A stretch of 64,000 nucleotides of DNA from Scenedesmus sp. PABB004 (GCA_014905635.1 JABVCE010000004.1:248001-312000); one strand, 5' to 3'. Shown: positions 34,201-46,756, numbered from the stretch's first letter. Notes: generated by a model from the letters alone, not told the origin. Numbers and translations are program-made.

Positions 34201-36616
34201 GGGTCGCGGACGGGCGTGCCTGTCAGCGCTGCTATTGAACCAATATGTGTGCGCACGTGCACGCGCAGGCGGCCGGGGCGCCGCGGACCTGGCCCGCGCT
34301 GCGCTCGACGCTCGGGTTGACCTCCAGAACCCTGAACCCCAGCTCGAGCGCGACAGCGTACACCGCCGCGGTCTTGCCCGCGCCGCAGGGGCCCAGCAGC
34401 GCAAAGCAGTTGCACCTGAGCGCGGTGGCGCGGCGTGAGCGCGGTGTGGGCGCGGCGTGAGCGCGGCGTGAGCGCGGCGGTGGCGGTGGCGGCGGCGGCG
34501 GCGGCGACACGCGCTGGCGAGCCCCGCGCAGGCAGCCGCCGGCCCGCGCACCGGCCGGGGTCGTCGTCGGCCGCAACGGAGCTGCCGCCGCTGCCGTCGC
34601 CGCTGCGGGACGCAAACCAGCTGCCGTCGGACTCGCTGTCGCCCTGCGGCGGTGGCACCGCCGCCGGCGCGGCGCGGCGCGGCGCCCCGCCCGCAGCCTG
34701 CTGCTGGATGATGCCGCGCCAGTCGTCCAGGAACTGGCGCAGCAGCCCCACAGCCGGCGCGTTGCCGCACAGCTGCGCCGCCGACGCGGGCGCGTACTTG
34801 GCCGCCCAGAGCAGCCCGCCGCCGTCCGCGGGCGCGGCCCCGTCGCCGCCGCCGCCGGGCGGTGCCGCGAGCGCGGCGGCAGCGTCCGCGGCGGCCGCCG
34901 CCGCGCTGGCGCCGCCGCGGCCAGCGTTGACCGCCGCGAGCGCCTGCAGCGCGGCCAGCTCGCGCTCCAGCTGCGCCAGCAGGTCCGCCTCACTCGGCAG
35001 GTCCAGCAGCGCCGCGTCAGCCGCACCGCCAGCCATGCCCGCCGCCGCTGCCGCCGCCGTGGCCGCCTGCCAGCGCAGCTCGCCCGCGAGCTCCGCCAGC
35101 AGCGGGTGCGCGGCGGCGCCGGCGGCGCTTGCCGCGCCGGGTTGCTGTGGCGCAGCGATTGCCGGCGCGAGCGCCCAGGCCCTGCAGTCGTCCAGGCCGG
35201 CCGCGGCGGCGTGGCTGAAGCCCCCCGCCGTGAGCGCCTGGAGCTGCGCCGCGAGCGCCAGCCGGTCCACGCCAGCGCGCGGCGCGGATCCGGCCAGCGC
35301 AACGCCGGCCACGCGCAGCCCCCGCTCCGGTGCTGCCGCTGCGTCCGCGCCGCCCAGCTGCGTGACGTGCACCGGCGCGATGGGCAGGCCGCTCGTCCTG
35401 CCGGCGCCCGGCTGCCGCGGCGCGGCCGCGCCGCCGCCGCCGCCGCCCTCCGCATCGGCCCCGGGCGCCTGTCGCTGGGGCTTGGCGAAAAAGGGATGCA
35501 CCGCCGGCGGCGTGCCGTGGCGCGGCGCCGCCGCGGCGCGCGCCGCCGCCGCCGCCGTGCGCGCCACCGCCGCCGCCGCCGCGCCGCGCTGCCGCTCCGC
35601 CTCCTCCTCGGCCGCCGCGGCCGCGGCCGCGGCCGCGGCGGCGGCGGCCTCGAGCGAGCGCTTGGCCCGGCGCTGCGTGGTCGACATGAACATGTCAGGC
35701 ACCTTGTTGGCTGCCGGCGCGGCGCCGCCGCCCTGCGCGGCGGCTGGCGCCGCCAGCTCGCGCGTCACCACCACGGCGTCGTCGTCCGAGCCCTCGCCGC
35801 CGCCCGCCTGCTGCGCGGCCGCCGCGGCGCCGTGCGGCGCCGGCGCGGGCCTGGGCCGGGCGTCGGGCGCCGCGCCGCGCTCGGGGGAGCGCGACTGGTC
35901 GACCGCGGCCACACCGGCCGGTTGCTGCTGCGCCGGCTGCCGCCTGCCGGCCCTGCCGCCGCGGCCCCCAGGCGCCCTGCTGGGCGCCTCAAAGTCGTCG
36001 TCGCTGGCCACCCGCACGCCATCCTCGCCGCCGCCGCTGCCCGCGCCGGCGCCGCCGGCACCACGGGCAGCCGCAACCGGCGCGCGCCGCTGCCGCTTGC
36101 GGCTGCCGCCCGCGCCGCCACCGGCGCCGGCGCTGGCGGCCTTGCGTCGCTTGGCGCTGGGGGGCTCGGCTGCCTGCTCCTGCCCCTGCTCCTCGCCCGC
36201 CGCGCCCGGGCTGCCGCGCGGCTTGCCCTTTGGGGGCTTGCTGCCTGCCTTCGCTGCTGCTTTGGCCCCGGCAAGGAGCTGGTTGAACGCAGACTTGGGC
36301 GGGTCCGGCGGCTGCTCCGCCGCGGCGGCCTCGGCCGCACCCGGCGCGCTGGCCAGCAGCTCGGCAGCGGGCGCGTCCGCCGCGTCATCCCAAGCGTCCG
36401 GCATGGGCGCGTCCTCGTCGCTGCTGCTGCCGCCGCTGCTGGCAGCGGGCGCGGGTGCGCCCGGGGCGCGCGGGGCTGCGGCTGCGGTGCTGCGGGCAGC
36501 CTTGCCGCCCTTGAGGGCAGACAACGCGATGCGGCGGACGATGCCGCCCACGCGACTGGGCGGCCGCCGCTGCTGCTGCCGCGGCGCCTGCAGCGGCGTC
36601 TGCTGCGTCTGCTGTG

Positions 36617-36696
<80 letters not shown>

Positions 36697-37445
36697 GTCT
36701 GCTGCTCCAGCGCTTGCTGTTGCTGCTGTTGCTCCTGCTCCAGCTGCTCTGGTGCCGCACCCTCAGCAGCAGCTGCCGCCGCCGCTTCGCCGGCGTCGCC
36801 CGCGGCAGCAGCCGCCGCGGCGGTCGCCGGCTTTGCGCTGCGCTGGCGCTTGGCCTTGCCCGGCGGCACCACGCCGCCGAACAGGTCGCGCTGGCCAGAT
36901 GCGCGGCGGCCGCCCGGCTTGGCGGCGCCCGGCGCGGGCGCGGGTGCGGCCGCCGCGGGCGCCTCGTCGGCGCCGCCGGCGGGCGCCGCGTCGGCCGGCG
37001 GCGGCGGCGACACCGGCTGCAGCTTGCCGCCGAACGACAGCTTGGCCTGCCGCATGCCGCGCCCGCCCGGCTTGGCGCCGCCGTCCGCCGGCGGCGCGGG
37101 CGCGGGCGGCGCGCCCGCGGCGCCGGCCCCTGGCGCCGCGTGCCTGCTGCAGTTGTCGCCCGCGACGCCACTCTCGGCGAGGGAGAGCGGCATCGGTAGC
37201 AGCGCCTCGTCGCCCTCCTGCGTGCCCTGCAGCAGCCGGCGCGGCGCTGGCTGCGAGCCCGACAGCCGGCCGACGCCGGGCAGCAGCGGCGAGTTGTCCG
37301 CGACCGCGCTGCCAGGCTGGCTGCCCTGCAGCGCCGCGACGCGGCGCGGCACCGGCGGCGGCGTGGCCGCGGGCGGCGGCGCGGGCTGCTGCGGCGCCCC
37401 GTCCGCCGCCGGCGGCGCCGCCGCGCCGGGCGCGCCCGCGTGCAT
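31217..37445 (-). CDS. ELG1: ELG1/ATAD5-like alternative RFC large subunit (PCNA unloader); start uncertain
   Basis: LWAAKYAP..LCGN, Walker A GPCGAGKTAAVYAVALELGFRVLEVN, GEATQSRRL, Walker B LVLFDEAD, SRRPVVLCLN. Confidence 0.88.
36617..36735 (-). repeat. (CAG)n polyglutamine tract in ELG1
   Basis: More than 20 consecutive CAG codons plus flanking Q runs. Confidence 0.92.
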
Positions 37446-38593
37446 CGCGCCGCCGCGCGGCCGCGGGCCGCTCACGCCCCGCGGCCGCGCGCCCCGGCCC
37501 GCCGCAGCGGCAGCAGCATGCGCGCCGGCGACGCCGTTGTTGGCCTTGAGCGGCTGCGCGCGCCCTGGCGTGCGGCGCGGGCCCGAGGCGGGAGGCGGCG
37601 GGCGGCGTCCGCGCCCGGCCCAGGCAGCGCGCGGTCGGCACCGCTGTGCGCGCCGCTGCAGCAGCAGCGGTTGCGCGCCGCTCGCCGCCGCCGCGGCCGC
37701 ACCTGGCGCGGCCGCCTCGTCGGCCGCCAGGAGCTTGTGGCGCTTGCTCCCTGGCTCCTCCCTGCGCAGGGCCCAGGCGCGCTGGGTGGCCGGGCGGCGC
37801 GGGAGAGCGGGCCGGCCTTCCCGCCCGGCTTTTTGCCCCCGCGCCGCACCTGTTCTCGCCGGTGCGCCCTCCCTCGCTTGCACCGCGGTCCGGAGCTCTC
37901 ACCCCGCCCTGGGGATCCCGGGCGGCGCCATTCATCGCTGGCCGGTGGGGCAGCAGCGAATTCGAAGTCCGGCCTCGCCCCGCAGCCCGCCGGCGCGCCT
38001 GGGACCGCGGCCACGGCCCCGAAGGTGCCCACGGTGCCCACACCGTGCCCAGCACGCGAGCGGAAGCGGCCTTATCGGCACGTCGAGTCGTCGCGCGGGG
38101 GTGCGGCGGCGCAGGGTCTGGCGCGCGCCGCCGCCCTCTGCGCTGCAGGGACGCCACCCGCGCTGGTGGCCGGCGCACCGCGAGCCCCCCGCCGTCTGCC
38201 TCAGCCGCCGGGTCCGACGTGCGTCACCGCGCCGCCGCTGCCGCGTCGCCGCCACCACTGCCGCCGCCGCCGTCGCGCCTGGCGGCACGGACCGATCACT
38301 GCTTGGTGCTGCCCGCTCGCGAAGCCCTTTCACCCGGCGGGGACCCCCCTTGCCTGCCGTTCGGGCTTCGCTGCGCCCTCGCGCGCCCCTCCGGCCCCGC
38401 CAGCCGCAGCGCTGCGCCCACGCGCACACCTCCCACACCAGCGCTGCCTCCAGTCGCGTGCGGTCCGCGCCGGCCCCCCGCGAGCAGGCGAGCAGCGCGG
38501 CGCACCGGAGTACTTCCCTGCGACGCGCAGCTCCGAGCAGCTTGTCACTCGCAGGAGCCCGGCTCCCGCGCGGCACTCACCATGCGCGGGCGC

Positions 38594-39942
38594 ATGCAGC
38601 CGGCGGTGCTGGCCATCGCGCTGCTGCTCGGTGCGCCGCGCGTGGGCGCCGCGCGCTGGCCTGCGCGCGCGCGCGTTCGGCCCGCTCCGACGTGGGCCAC
38701 GCAATCCCGAGCTCCGCGGCAGCGTGGCGGTCACCTCACTCCAGCTGCGGGCTGCTGCGGTCGGGCGCTGCCCCACCGCGCCCGCCCCGCGTCTCCGCAG
38801 GCGCGGCGTCGGCGCAGCGCATCCACGAGCCGGGCAGCGTGATCCGCGGGCAGACGGTCAACCTGGTGGAGGAGATGAAGAAGGCGGCGCCGGCGCCCGC
38901 GGCGGCGGCGGCCGGGCCGGCCAAGGCCTGGCCCAACTCCAAGGCCTCCGGTGCGCCCCGCGCCGCGCGGGCCGGCGCCGCCGCTGCATGCACGCACGGC
39001 AGCGTCGGCCGCGCGGCACTCGCGGCGCCGCAGCGGCCGCAGCACGCCCGCGCCGTGCGCGCCGCGCGGCCGCCCACCACGGCCCCGCCCGCGCGCTCGC
39101 TGCGCACCGCCGCGCAGACAAGACGTGCGTGCCGTTTGACCCGACCAAGTACAAGCACCCCAACATGGACAGCTTCTGCGACAAGCTCAACTCCCTGAGC
39201 GACAAGGAACTGCTGGAGATGCACGCCAACGCGCCCAAGCCGACGGCGACGCAGGGCTTCCCGCTGCGCGGCTGCACGCACCGCTGCATCGCGGGGTCGA
39301 GCTTTGCCGCGCTCACGGCGAAGGACCCCAAGAACAACATGGGCTGGGGCGGCAAGTGCTTCACGTTTGACCTCGACCCCGCGACCGGCGTGCCCAAGTT
39401 CCTGGACAACATCTTCAGCTTCAATTACGACAACAAGACCCTCCCCGACCACGAGCGCGTGAAGGGGTTCACCACCTGCCGCGCGACCGTCAACTACCGG
39501 CCGCGCGTGTTTGCCGACGGCCAGCCCGCGTGGGTGTTTGACCACAGCGAGAGCGAGGACCTGTACGACCCGGTGCGCAAGATGAACCTCGTGGTCAAGG
39601 CCTTCCGCGACGAGATGCGCGAAGTCCGCCCCGGCTTCCTCATGGGTGCGGCGCGGTGCCCGCGCGGCGCGGCGCGGCGCGGCGCGGCACGGCGACGCGC
39701 CCACCCCGCGCGCTGTCACGGGCGCGCGGGCGCGGGCGGGGGCGCCGGCGCCGGGGCGCGCGCGCGCTCACGCCCCGCGCGCCGCCGCGCCGCCGTCAGG
39801 CCGCATCTTCCTGCAGACGGGGCCGGGCGTCGCCAACGAGCTGCCCATCTTCTTCGCTCTCTTCCAGGCGTGCGCCGCGGACGGGTCCTTCCCGGACACG
39901 CTCGAGAAGCGCGTGTTCCCCCGCCTCGGCAACAAGCCCTGA
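38594..39942 (+). CDS. Secreted Cys-containing protein of unknown function, 4 exons
   Basis: Signal peptide MQPAVLAIALLLG|AASA; strong codon bias; WGGKCF..DGQPAWVFDH..FRDEMREVRPGFLMG|RIFL; alternative ATG at 38582. Confidence 0.8.
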
Positions 39943-40376
39943 GTGCCCAGCAGCGCCAGCAGTGCCAGGCGCGGCGCGCCGCGCAGCTGGCGACGGACGC
40001 ACTCGGGCGCGCGGCGCGCGCGTGTGCGCCCTGGGGCGCGCCCCGGCGGCGGGGCCGCCGCGCGGGGCCGCCGGCCGCCCGGGGTCCCTCTCTATCTCTG
40101 CCACCCGCCCGTCCGGCCGGGCCGCAGCGCATGCGGCCGGCGGCGGGCGGGCGAATTGTGAGGGCGCGCGCGATTGCGTGCAATCGCGCGCGTCCCTATT
40201 CATTGCTGCATCAGCTGCGGGCGCGCATGCCGGCCGCGGCGGAGCGCGTCTGCGCGACCCCGGGGTGCCTGCATGGACCGCGCCTGCTTTCACTCGAAGA
40301 ACTGGCGAGCGCGGGCGGGGTGGGTGATCTGACCTGATCTGTGCGCGCCCGCCTGTGCGGGGCCGCCGCGGCGCAG

Positions 40377-40381
40377 TGTAA
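40377..40381 (+). promoter_or_regulatory. TGTAA poly(A) signal for the 38594-39942 gene
   Basis: Chlorophyte consensus downstream of the stop. Confidence 0.55.
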
Positions 40382-40581
40382 CGTGGCCAACCCTGACCCT
40401 GACCCGCGGCCGCCGCGGCCGGCGCACTCACGTGGGTGTGGGGCCCCCTCTCCCTTATCCCACAGCTCAAGCCCCAGCGCCCCCTCCGCTGACGGCCCCT
40501 CTCCCTAGCAGCGCCGACTGCCGCCGAGCAGCGCGCTGCTCCGCTCGCCACGCCAGGAGCTGCTGCCGGCTGGGCGCCGTC

Positions 40582-41714
40582 ATGGCGTCGCTGCAGGCCT
40601 CGCTGCGCGGCGTGCTGCAGCCCGCGCCACGCAGCAGCGGCGCGGCACGCGCTGGCGCCGCCGCGCCGGCGCTGCATGGACGCGCCACGCCGGTGTTTCG
40701 GGCCCCTCGCGCCCTCAGCGTGCAGGCGCAGCGGCGCAGCGGCGCGGGCGGCCGCCCGGGCAGGTGCGGCGGGGTGGGCGCCGCGCGGCGCCGCTGCCGG
40801 CGGCTCGCGTGGCCGCTGCCGTCGCACGGCGACGCCGCGGCCGCGCCAGACGCTCCTGCTCCCTCCGGATGATCTCCCCCCCCCCCCCCCAGGCAGCTTG
40901 CGCTGGACGTCGCGGCGCGGCGGCGCGACGACTGGCGCCGCGCCGCGCGGGGCGGGGGCGCTGGCGACCGCCCGAGCCTGTTTCGCTTCAAGCTCGGATC
41001 TGTCGACGTCAGCCTTGCCGAGGAGCAGCTGTGGCGCCTCGCGCTGCCGCTCACGGCGCTGTTCGGCATCGCAGTCGTGATAGGTGCGCGGCGCGCGAGC
41101 CGCTGGCGCGCTGCCACGTGCGGCGCGCGGCGCCCGACGAGCGCCGCGCTGCCCACCCGCGCGCCGCGGCCAGGCCCGGTGGTCGTCGGCTTCACGCTGT
41201 CGGCGGTCGCCGTGGGGGCCGCGTTCTCCGCGGGCGCGCTCGCGTTCAGCACGCTGCTCCTGCCCCTGATCCTCCTCGCGTCCCTGGGGGGCCTCATGAG
41301 CTTCAGCCTGATGGCTGGGCTGGGCCTCGCGCTCGTGGTGCCCAAGCTGGTGCTCAGCGCGCTCAGTATGGTGCGCGCGCCGCGCCGCGCTGCGCCGCGC
41401 CCGGCGCGGGGCCGGCGGCGCCGGCGCTGACGCCCCGCGCGCGCCCGCCGCAGGCGGTCGTGGGCGGCGGCCTGCTGGCGGGCTTTGGAACAGTGAACTG
41501 GCTGCTGGCGCAGCAGGCGGGGGAGGCGGGCAGCAGTGCGGGCGGCAGCCGGGAGCACAGCGGCGCGGCCAGCGAGGACGACGGCGACGACGACGACGAC
41601 GGCGGCGCCGACGTGTCGCGCATCGCGAGCGAGCTGCGTGAGTTCGACGAGCTGCTGGCGCGCCGCGAGGAGCGGCGACGCGTGGACGAGTGGCGCGCGC
41701 GCGAGCGCCCGTGA
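40582..41714 (+). CDS. Hypothetical plastid-targeted membrane protein, 4 exons
   Basis: Transit-peptide-like MASLQASLRG..ALSVQAQ; several hydrophobic helices; C-terminal ELREFDELL. Confidence 0.7.
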
Positions 41715-41849
41715 GCCTCGCTGCAGCATGCCTCGCCGCACGTGCGGCTGCCCGCTGCCAGCGGCGGCAGCGCACACGTTTTCATGCCCAGCTGGGGCGT
41801 CGGCGGTTGCAACAACTTTGTGGCCGCGTCACGCGCGCCCGACCACGCC

Positions 41850-43292
41850 TCACGTCGCCGCCGCCGCCGCCGGCGCGCCCGCCGCGGTCGCTTCCGCCGC
41901 ACCGGTTGCGCCGGTCGCGTCGCCCCCGGCCCCCGCGGGCGCCAGCTGCAGCCGCGCCAGCACCGCCGTCGCGGGCATGTCGGCCAGCTCGCCGAGCACG
42001 CGCCAGCCGCCGCGCTGCGTTGCCAGCAGATAAGCGCTGTTGCGCGGCTCCGCTGCCGCCGCGGCGACGCCATTGACCAGGCTCAGCGCCAGCCGGCCCT
42101 TGATCAGCGCCGGCACAGCATCCAGCTCCTCACGCCCCAGCGGGCACACGGCCTGGTACGACTCCTGCGCACGGCGGCGGCAGCACGCGCGTGATGCCCA
42201 GCGGCCGCAGGCGGCGCGCGCCGCGCCGCGCCGCGCCGCGCCGGGCCGCGCCGGGCCGCGCCGCGCACCAGCACGGCCCGCATCGCGCCCCAGTGGTCCA
42301 GCTCGCCCGCCGGGCGCGAGGCCGCCGGCTGCCCCGCCGCGACGAGGCCCGCGTAGGCCGCCGTGACGGCGGGCTCGACGACGCGCCAGCACACGATGCA
42401 GTCGGCAAAGTCGATGATGCCGCTGACCTCCGTCCGCGTGGTGTTGCACAGCACGTTGGCCTCGTTCGCGTCCGTGTGGCACACCTGCCGCGGCAGCGAT
42501 GGCGCGCGCCGCGCCTCGAGGCCCGCCAGGTCGTCGACGGCCGCCAGCAGCAGCGCCCTGCGGCGCGGGCGCGGTGCGGCCGCTCGGCGCGCGGCGCCGC
42601 GCAGCACGCCCGCGCCGTGCCCCGCCGCTGCCGCAACTCACCGCTGCTGCGCGCTCAGCGGCAGGTGGGGCAGCGGCGCGCGCTGCCGGACGACGTCCGC
42701 CGCGGTCTGCATCGCCCAGTCGTGGAGCCGCTCGAGCGCGCGCGCGCCTGCCGGCGTGCTGCGAGACGTGGCAGTCAAAGCCGGCGGCGCGTAGCTCCGC
42801 GCGGCAGCGGCAGGCCCGTGCGCCGCGCGCTCGTCAGCGGGCCGGCGCCGCGCTCGATGGGCTCGCCCGTCGGCTGGTAGCCGCGCTGGTCGGGGCAGCG
42901 GAAGGTGCAGGTGTTGACTGCGCGCCGAGGGGGCGGCGCGGCGCGCGCCGAGCCCCGCCCTCTCTCGCCGCTGCCGTGCGCCGCGGCCCACCAGGCAGAA
43001 GTTGATGGGCAGCACGGCGTCGACGCACCACACCGCGAGGCAGGCTAGCAGCTTGAGCGCTGCGCGGCGCGGCGGCGGCGCGGCGCGGGCGTCAGGGTCG
43101 CCGGGCCCGGCTTGGCGGCCGGCGCCGCCCCTCGGCTGGCTTCCCCGCGGGCCCCGCTGCGCGGCGGCGCGGGCAGGGCTGCACTCACAGGAGCGGATGG
43201 AGCGGAAGCAGCGTGCGAGGCGCGGCTCGTCATGACCGGGGGGCGGGCCCTGGTCCTCCGGCGGCGCACAGCCGCTTGAACGCGTCGGCCAT
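41850..43292 (-). CDS. Aminoglycoside phosphotransferase / hydroxylysine kinase-like, C-lobe only; 5' structure unclear, possible pseudogene or fusion
   Basis: LPRQVCHTDANEANVL (HxDxxxxN), GIIDFAD, YQAVCPLGREELDAVP..RLALS, EPRNSAYLL; no N-lobe exons found. Confidence 0.7.
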
Positions 43293-43594
43293 GCCGGGCT
43301 GTCCTCCTCCGTGTGCGCAGCGGCGGCAGCAGCGGCAGCAGCAGCGGCGGCTTCGGTGTCGCGCAGCAGCAGCGGCGGCTCCGGTGTGCCGCGCCGTGAA
43401 TTATGCGGCGGCCGTGCTGGGAGGGACGGGAATGGAGCGGAAAGCCGGAAATGGCGATGTTGGACCAGGGCCGCGGGCGCAGAGCGCCGCAGCCCGACTA
43501 GGCGGTGACGCCGCTGTCTCGAACGCCCCACGCTGAGGAGCGCCGAAGGAGCGCCCGTGCCATACGGAGAGCGAGCGAGGGAGCGAGAGGCCGC

Positions 43595-43599
43595 TTACA
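43595..43599 (-). promoter_or_regulatory. TGTAA poly(A) signal for MRM1
   Basis: About 67 nt past the MRM1 stop. Confidence 0.55.
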
Positions 43600-43665
43600 C
43601 GCCGCGGGCGGCGGCGCGGCCCCGCAGCGCAGCGCGCGGCGCGTGGCGGCCGGCGCAGCGAGCTG

Positions 43666-45516
43666 CTACCGCCGTGCGGACGACAGCAGGGCGTGCAGCA
43701 GGATGCCGGTGGCAACGCTCACGTTGAGCGAGTCGACCAGCGCTGCGCCCTGGGCACCGGGGGGCGCCATCTCAATCTGCACCAGCGCCGTGCAGCAGCG
43801 CTTGACCGTGGCGCGCAGGCCGTAGCCCTCGTTGCCTGCGGCCGCGCGGCGCACGCGCGCCAGCGGGGCGTGAGAACGGCCCAGCCACGGCGCAGCAGCA
43901 GCTGCGCAGCCGCCGCAGCGCGCCGCCGGGCGACACGGGGCCGGCGCCAGCGCCCGCGCGCCGCGCTCACCCATCACGAGCACTGTCGGCCGGTCCACCA
44001 CGAGCCGCCCGACCGGCGTCGCGACCGGCTCGGCGGCGGCGCCCACAACCGCCCAGCCCTTCTCCGCGGCGTCGGCGAGCGTGCGCGGCATGCTCCTGCG
44101 CGGCGGCAGCCGGCGTCGCGCGTGCGCACGCACCTGCGCGCACGCCACCACACGCGCGCGCCCTCCGCCTCCGTCCCCATCCCTCCGCCATGCGCCAGCA
44201 CCCACCTGCAGCTGTGCACCGTCATGAGCTCCGCCGCACCCGCGCTCGCCTTGCTCACGACGGGCGAGAGCGGCGCGCAGTTGCGGCTGCACCCCAGCAC
44301 GCCGCTCGCGCCCAGGCAGTACGCCGAGCGCAGCATGGCCCCGAGGTTTTGCTGCGCGGCGCGGAGCGGCGCGGCGGCGCGGGTGGTGTGGGCGCGCGAC
44401 GTGCGGCGGCGAGTGGGCAGCGCGCGCGCGCGCGCGCGCTTGCGCCGGCTGAGGCCGGAAGCGGCCGCCCCCGCAAGGCCGCGCCAAGCGCCGCCGCCGC
44501 CCCACCGGGTCAACCACTTCGTCCAGCGCCAGCCACACCGGGTGCCGCGGGCGCGCCGCCGCGTCGCCGGCCGCGTCGCCGGCGCCGCTCGCCGCCGCGC
44601 CGGCCGCGAGCGCCGCGAGCGCCTCGGGGTCTGGCAGCACGTCCAGCGGCTCCCACTGCAGCGGCGAGGCGTCCAGGACCAGCCCCTGGTGTGGCCTGGA
44701 CGGGGAGGGGGAGGGGAGCGTGTCGAGGGCGCTGCGCAGGCGCGCGCGCGTGCGGGCTGGGCTGGGCGTGCGGGCGCGGGCGTGGGCCGCACCGGTTGCC
44801 CGCCAGCATGTTGAGCTCGTGCTTGCTCACGTGGCGCACCGCCGCGCCGCGCTCCGCGACGAGACGCTGGATGTCCTGTGCGGCGCGACGCGCGGCGTGC
44901 AGCACGGCGCTCGCGCGGCGCTCGCGCGGAGCCGGGCGCGCCGGCGCGCTCGCGCGCCGCACCTGCAGCGCGCGCGCGTCCTTGCGCTGCGAGGGCGTGA
45001 GGCCGTCCTGCATCAGCAGCGCGTGCGGCGTGCGCGAGCCTGCGCGCGCGCGGAGCGGCGGGGCGGCGGCGCGGGGCGCGTGGGGCGCCGCCGCGCCGTG
45101 GGGCGGCGGCGGGGGCGGGCGCCCTCTCCCAGCCCCGCGCCCACCCGCGCGCAGGGCGGCCAGGATGGGCGCGACGCCGTACAGCGCGTCACCGAAGAGC
45201 TGCTCCCGGAACGAGGCCTTGCTCGGCCGGGCCGGGTAGCTGCGGCGGCGCACGCCAGGCGGGGCGGGGTGTGAGCTGCGCCCAGCGGGCGCCGCCGGCG
45301 CGGCCTCGGCGGCCGCGCCGGCCTGCCTGCTCCGCGCGGCGCGCCCGCGCCCGCGCAAAGCGCCAGCGGCGGCAGCGGGTGCTCACAGGAACTCGCCGTC
45401 GTCGTCGCCGTCGTAGTTCTCCTGCTCGCGCCAGCCGTCGTCGTCGCCGGCGGGGGCATCCTGCCAGCCGCCCTGCTGCTCGCGCGGCGCGCGCGGCGGC
45501 GCCGAGGAGCGCCGCC

Positions 45517-45584
<68 letters not shown>

Positions 45585-45888
45585 CCGGCCGCGGCCGCCC
45601 CAACTGCGCTCCTGCGCGCCGCCGCCGCCCCAGCTGCGCCGGTCGCCGCCGCCTCCGCGGCCGCGCGGCGCCGCGGCGCGCGTCTTCCACGACACGCCAC
45701 GCGCCCTGCACGGGCGGGGCGAGTGGTACCAGCGCTGGGCTGCGGCGAGCCGGGAGCGGCAGCGGCAGCGCACGCCGCTGCCGCCGCGGCTGCTGGCTGG
45801 CCGCGCACCCGTGCTGCGTGGCGACCGCGTGGGCGACTCGGCGCCCCATCTGCGGCACCAGCGCGGCCAGCTGGCCGGGCTGAAGCAT
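43666..45888 (-). CDS. MRM1: SpoU/TrmH rRNA 2'-O-methyltransferase (MRM1/RlmB-like), organellar; N-terminal exons uncertain
   Basis: LYGVAPILAAL, PHQGLVLDASPL, LALDEVVDP|QNLGAMLRSA, SPVVSKASAGA, LVMG|NEGYGLR, VDSLNVSVATGILL. Confidence 0.92.
45517..45583. repeat. (GCC/GGC)n trinucleotide repeat in the MRM1 N-terminal region
   Basis: About 22 units. Confidence 0.9.
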
Positions 45889-46756
45889 TTTTTTGCCGGC
45901 CGGCAGGCCAGCGCCGTCGAGCGACGCAGCGGGCCCAAGGACGCAGGCTTGGGACCCACACGTACAGGGGGAGGTCACGCGATCGAGCCGAGCAGTGGGG
46001 GCGGTGTGCGGCGTGGCAGCGGCAGCGCCGCCGCCGGCTGCGGTCTCAGCTGGGGCTCAGCGCGCGCATCGCGACGCGGCTTGCGTCAGCAGTGTGTGTG
46101 GCGCGCAACGCTGGCGGCATGGAGCGGTGATGATGTTCCATCATCCTGCCGGCGCGCCCAGCCACCCGTCGCCGCCGCGCAGCCGCCCGCGCGGCCGCCG
46201 CCGGCCGCCGCGCTGGAGGAGGCGACCGTGGCGCGCGCAGGCCGCATCCCCGGGCCTGCGGCCGGTGGTGGGGGCAGGTGCGCGTCGGCGGGCGTGGGCG
46301 CCCAGCGATGGGCCCCCCGGCAGCCGGCTCACGGCGCACAGCTCGCCGCGTGACGGCGCGGCCGTCGCCGCCATTTTCGGACTGGGGCATGCCCGAGGCG
46401 CCACGCGCGGCCCCGCGTGCGTGGCACGCCGCGTGCACAGGTTTTTGGCGGGAAGCCGCCCGGCGGGCTTCCCGCTCGTTTTGCGGCGCGGACGGGCATC
46501 CGGGTGCCGCTGCCTGGTGCCTGTCTGGGCTGCATGGTCGGGCCGCGACCGCTGGCACGCCGCCCGCCCCCTCCCCGGACGCCAGCGCGGCGGCAGCGGA
46601 CGCGCGATCAATCAGCACAGCCGCGCAGCGCCCCGCGCAGCGCCGGCCGGGGCCGCGCCGCCGCCGTTGCGCCGACACACATGCGCGCCGCCGCGGGCGC
46701 GTGAGACCGCGGCCCCTGGGGCGGCGCGCGGAGCAGGCGGAGGCAAACCGCCCCCA

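Noticed and set aside
34435..39198. 1587-aa plus-strand ORF with poly-Cys
   Set aside because: Antisense shadow of ELG1; poly-Cys is the complement of the CAG tract
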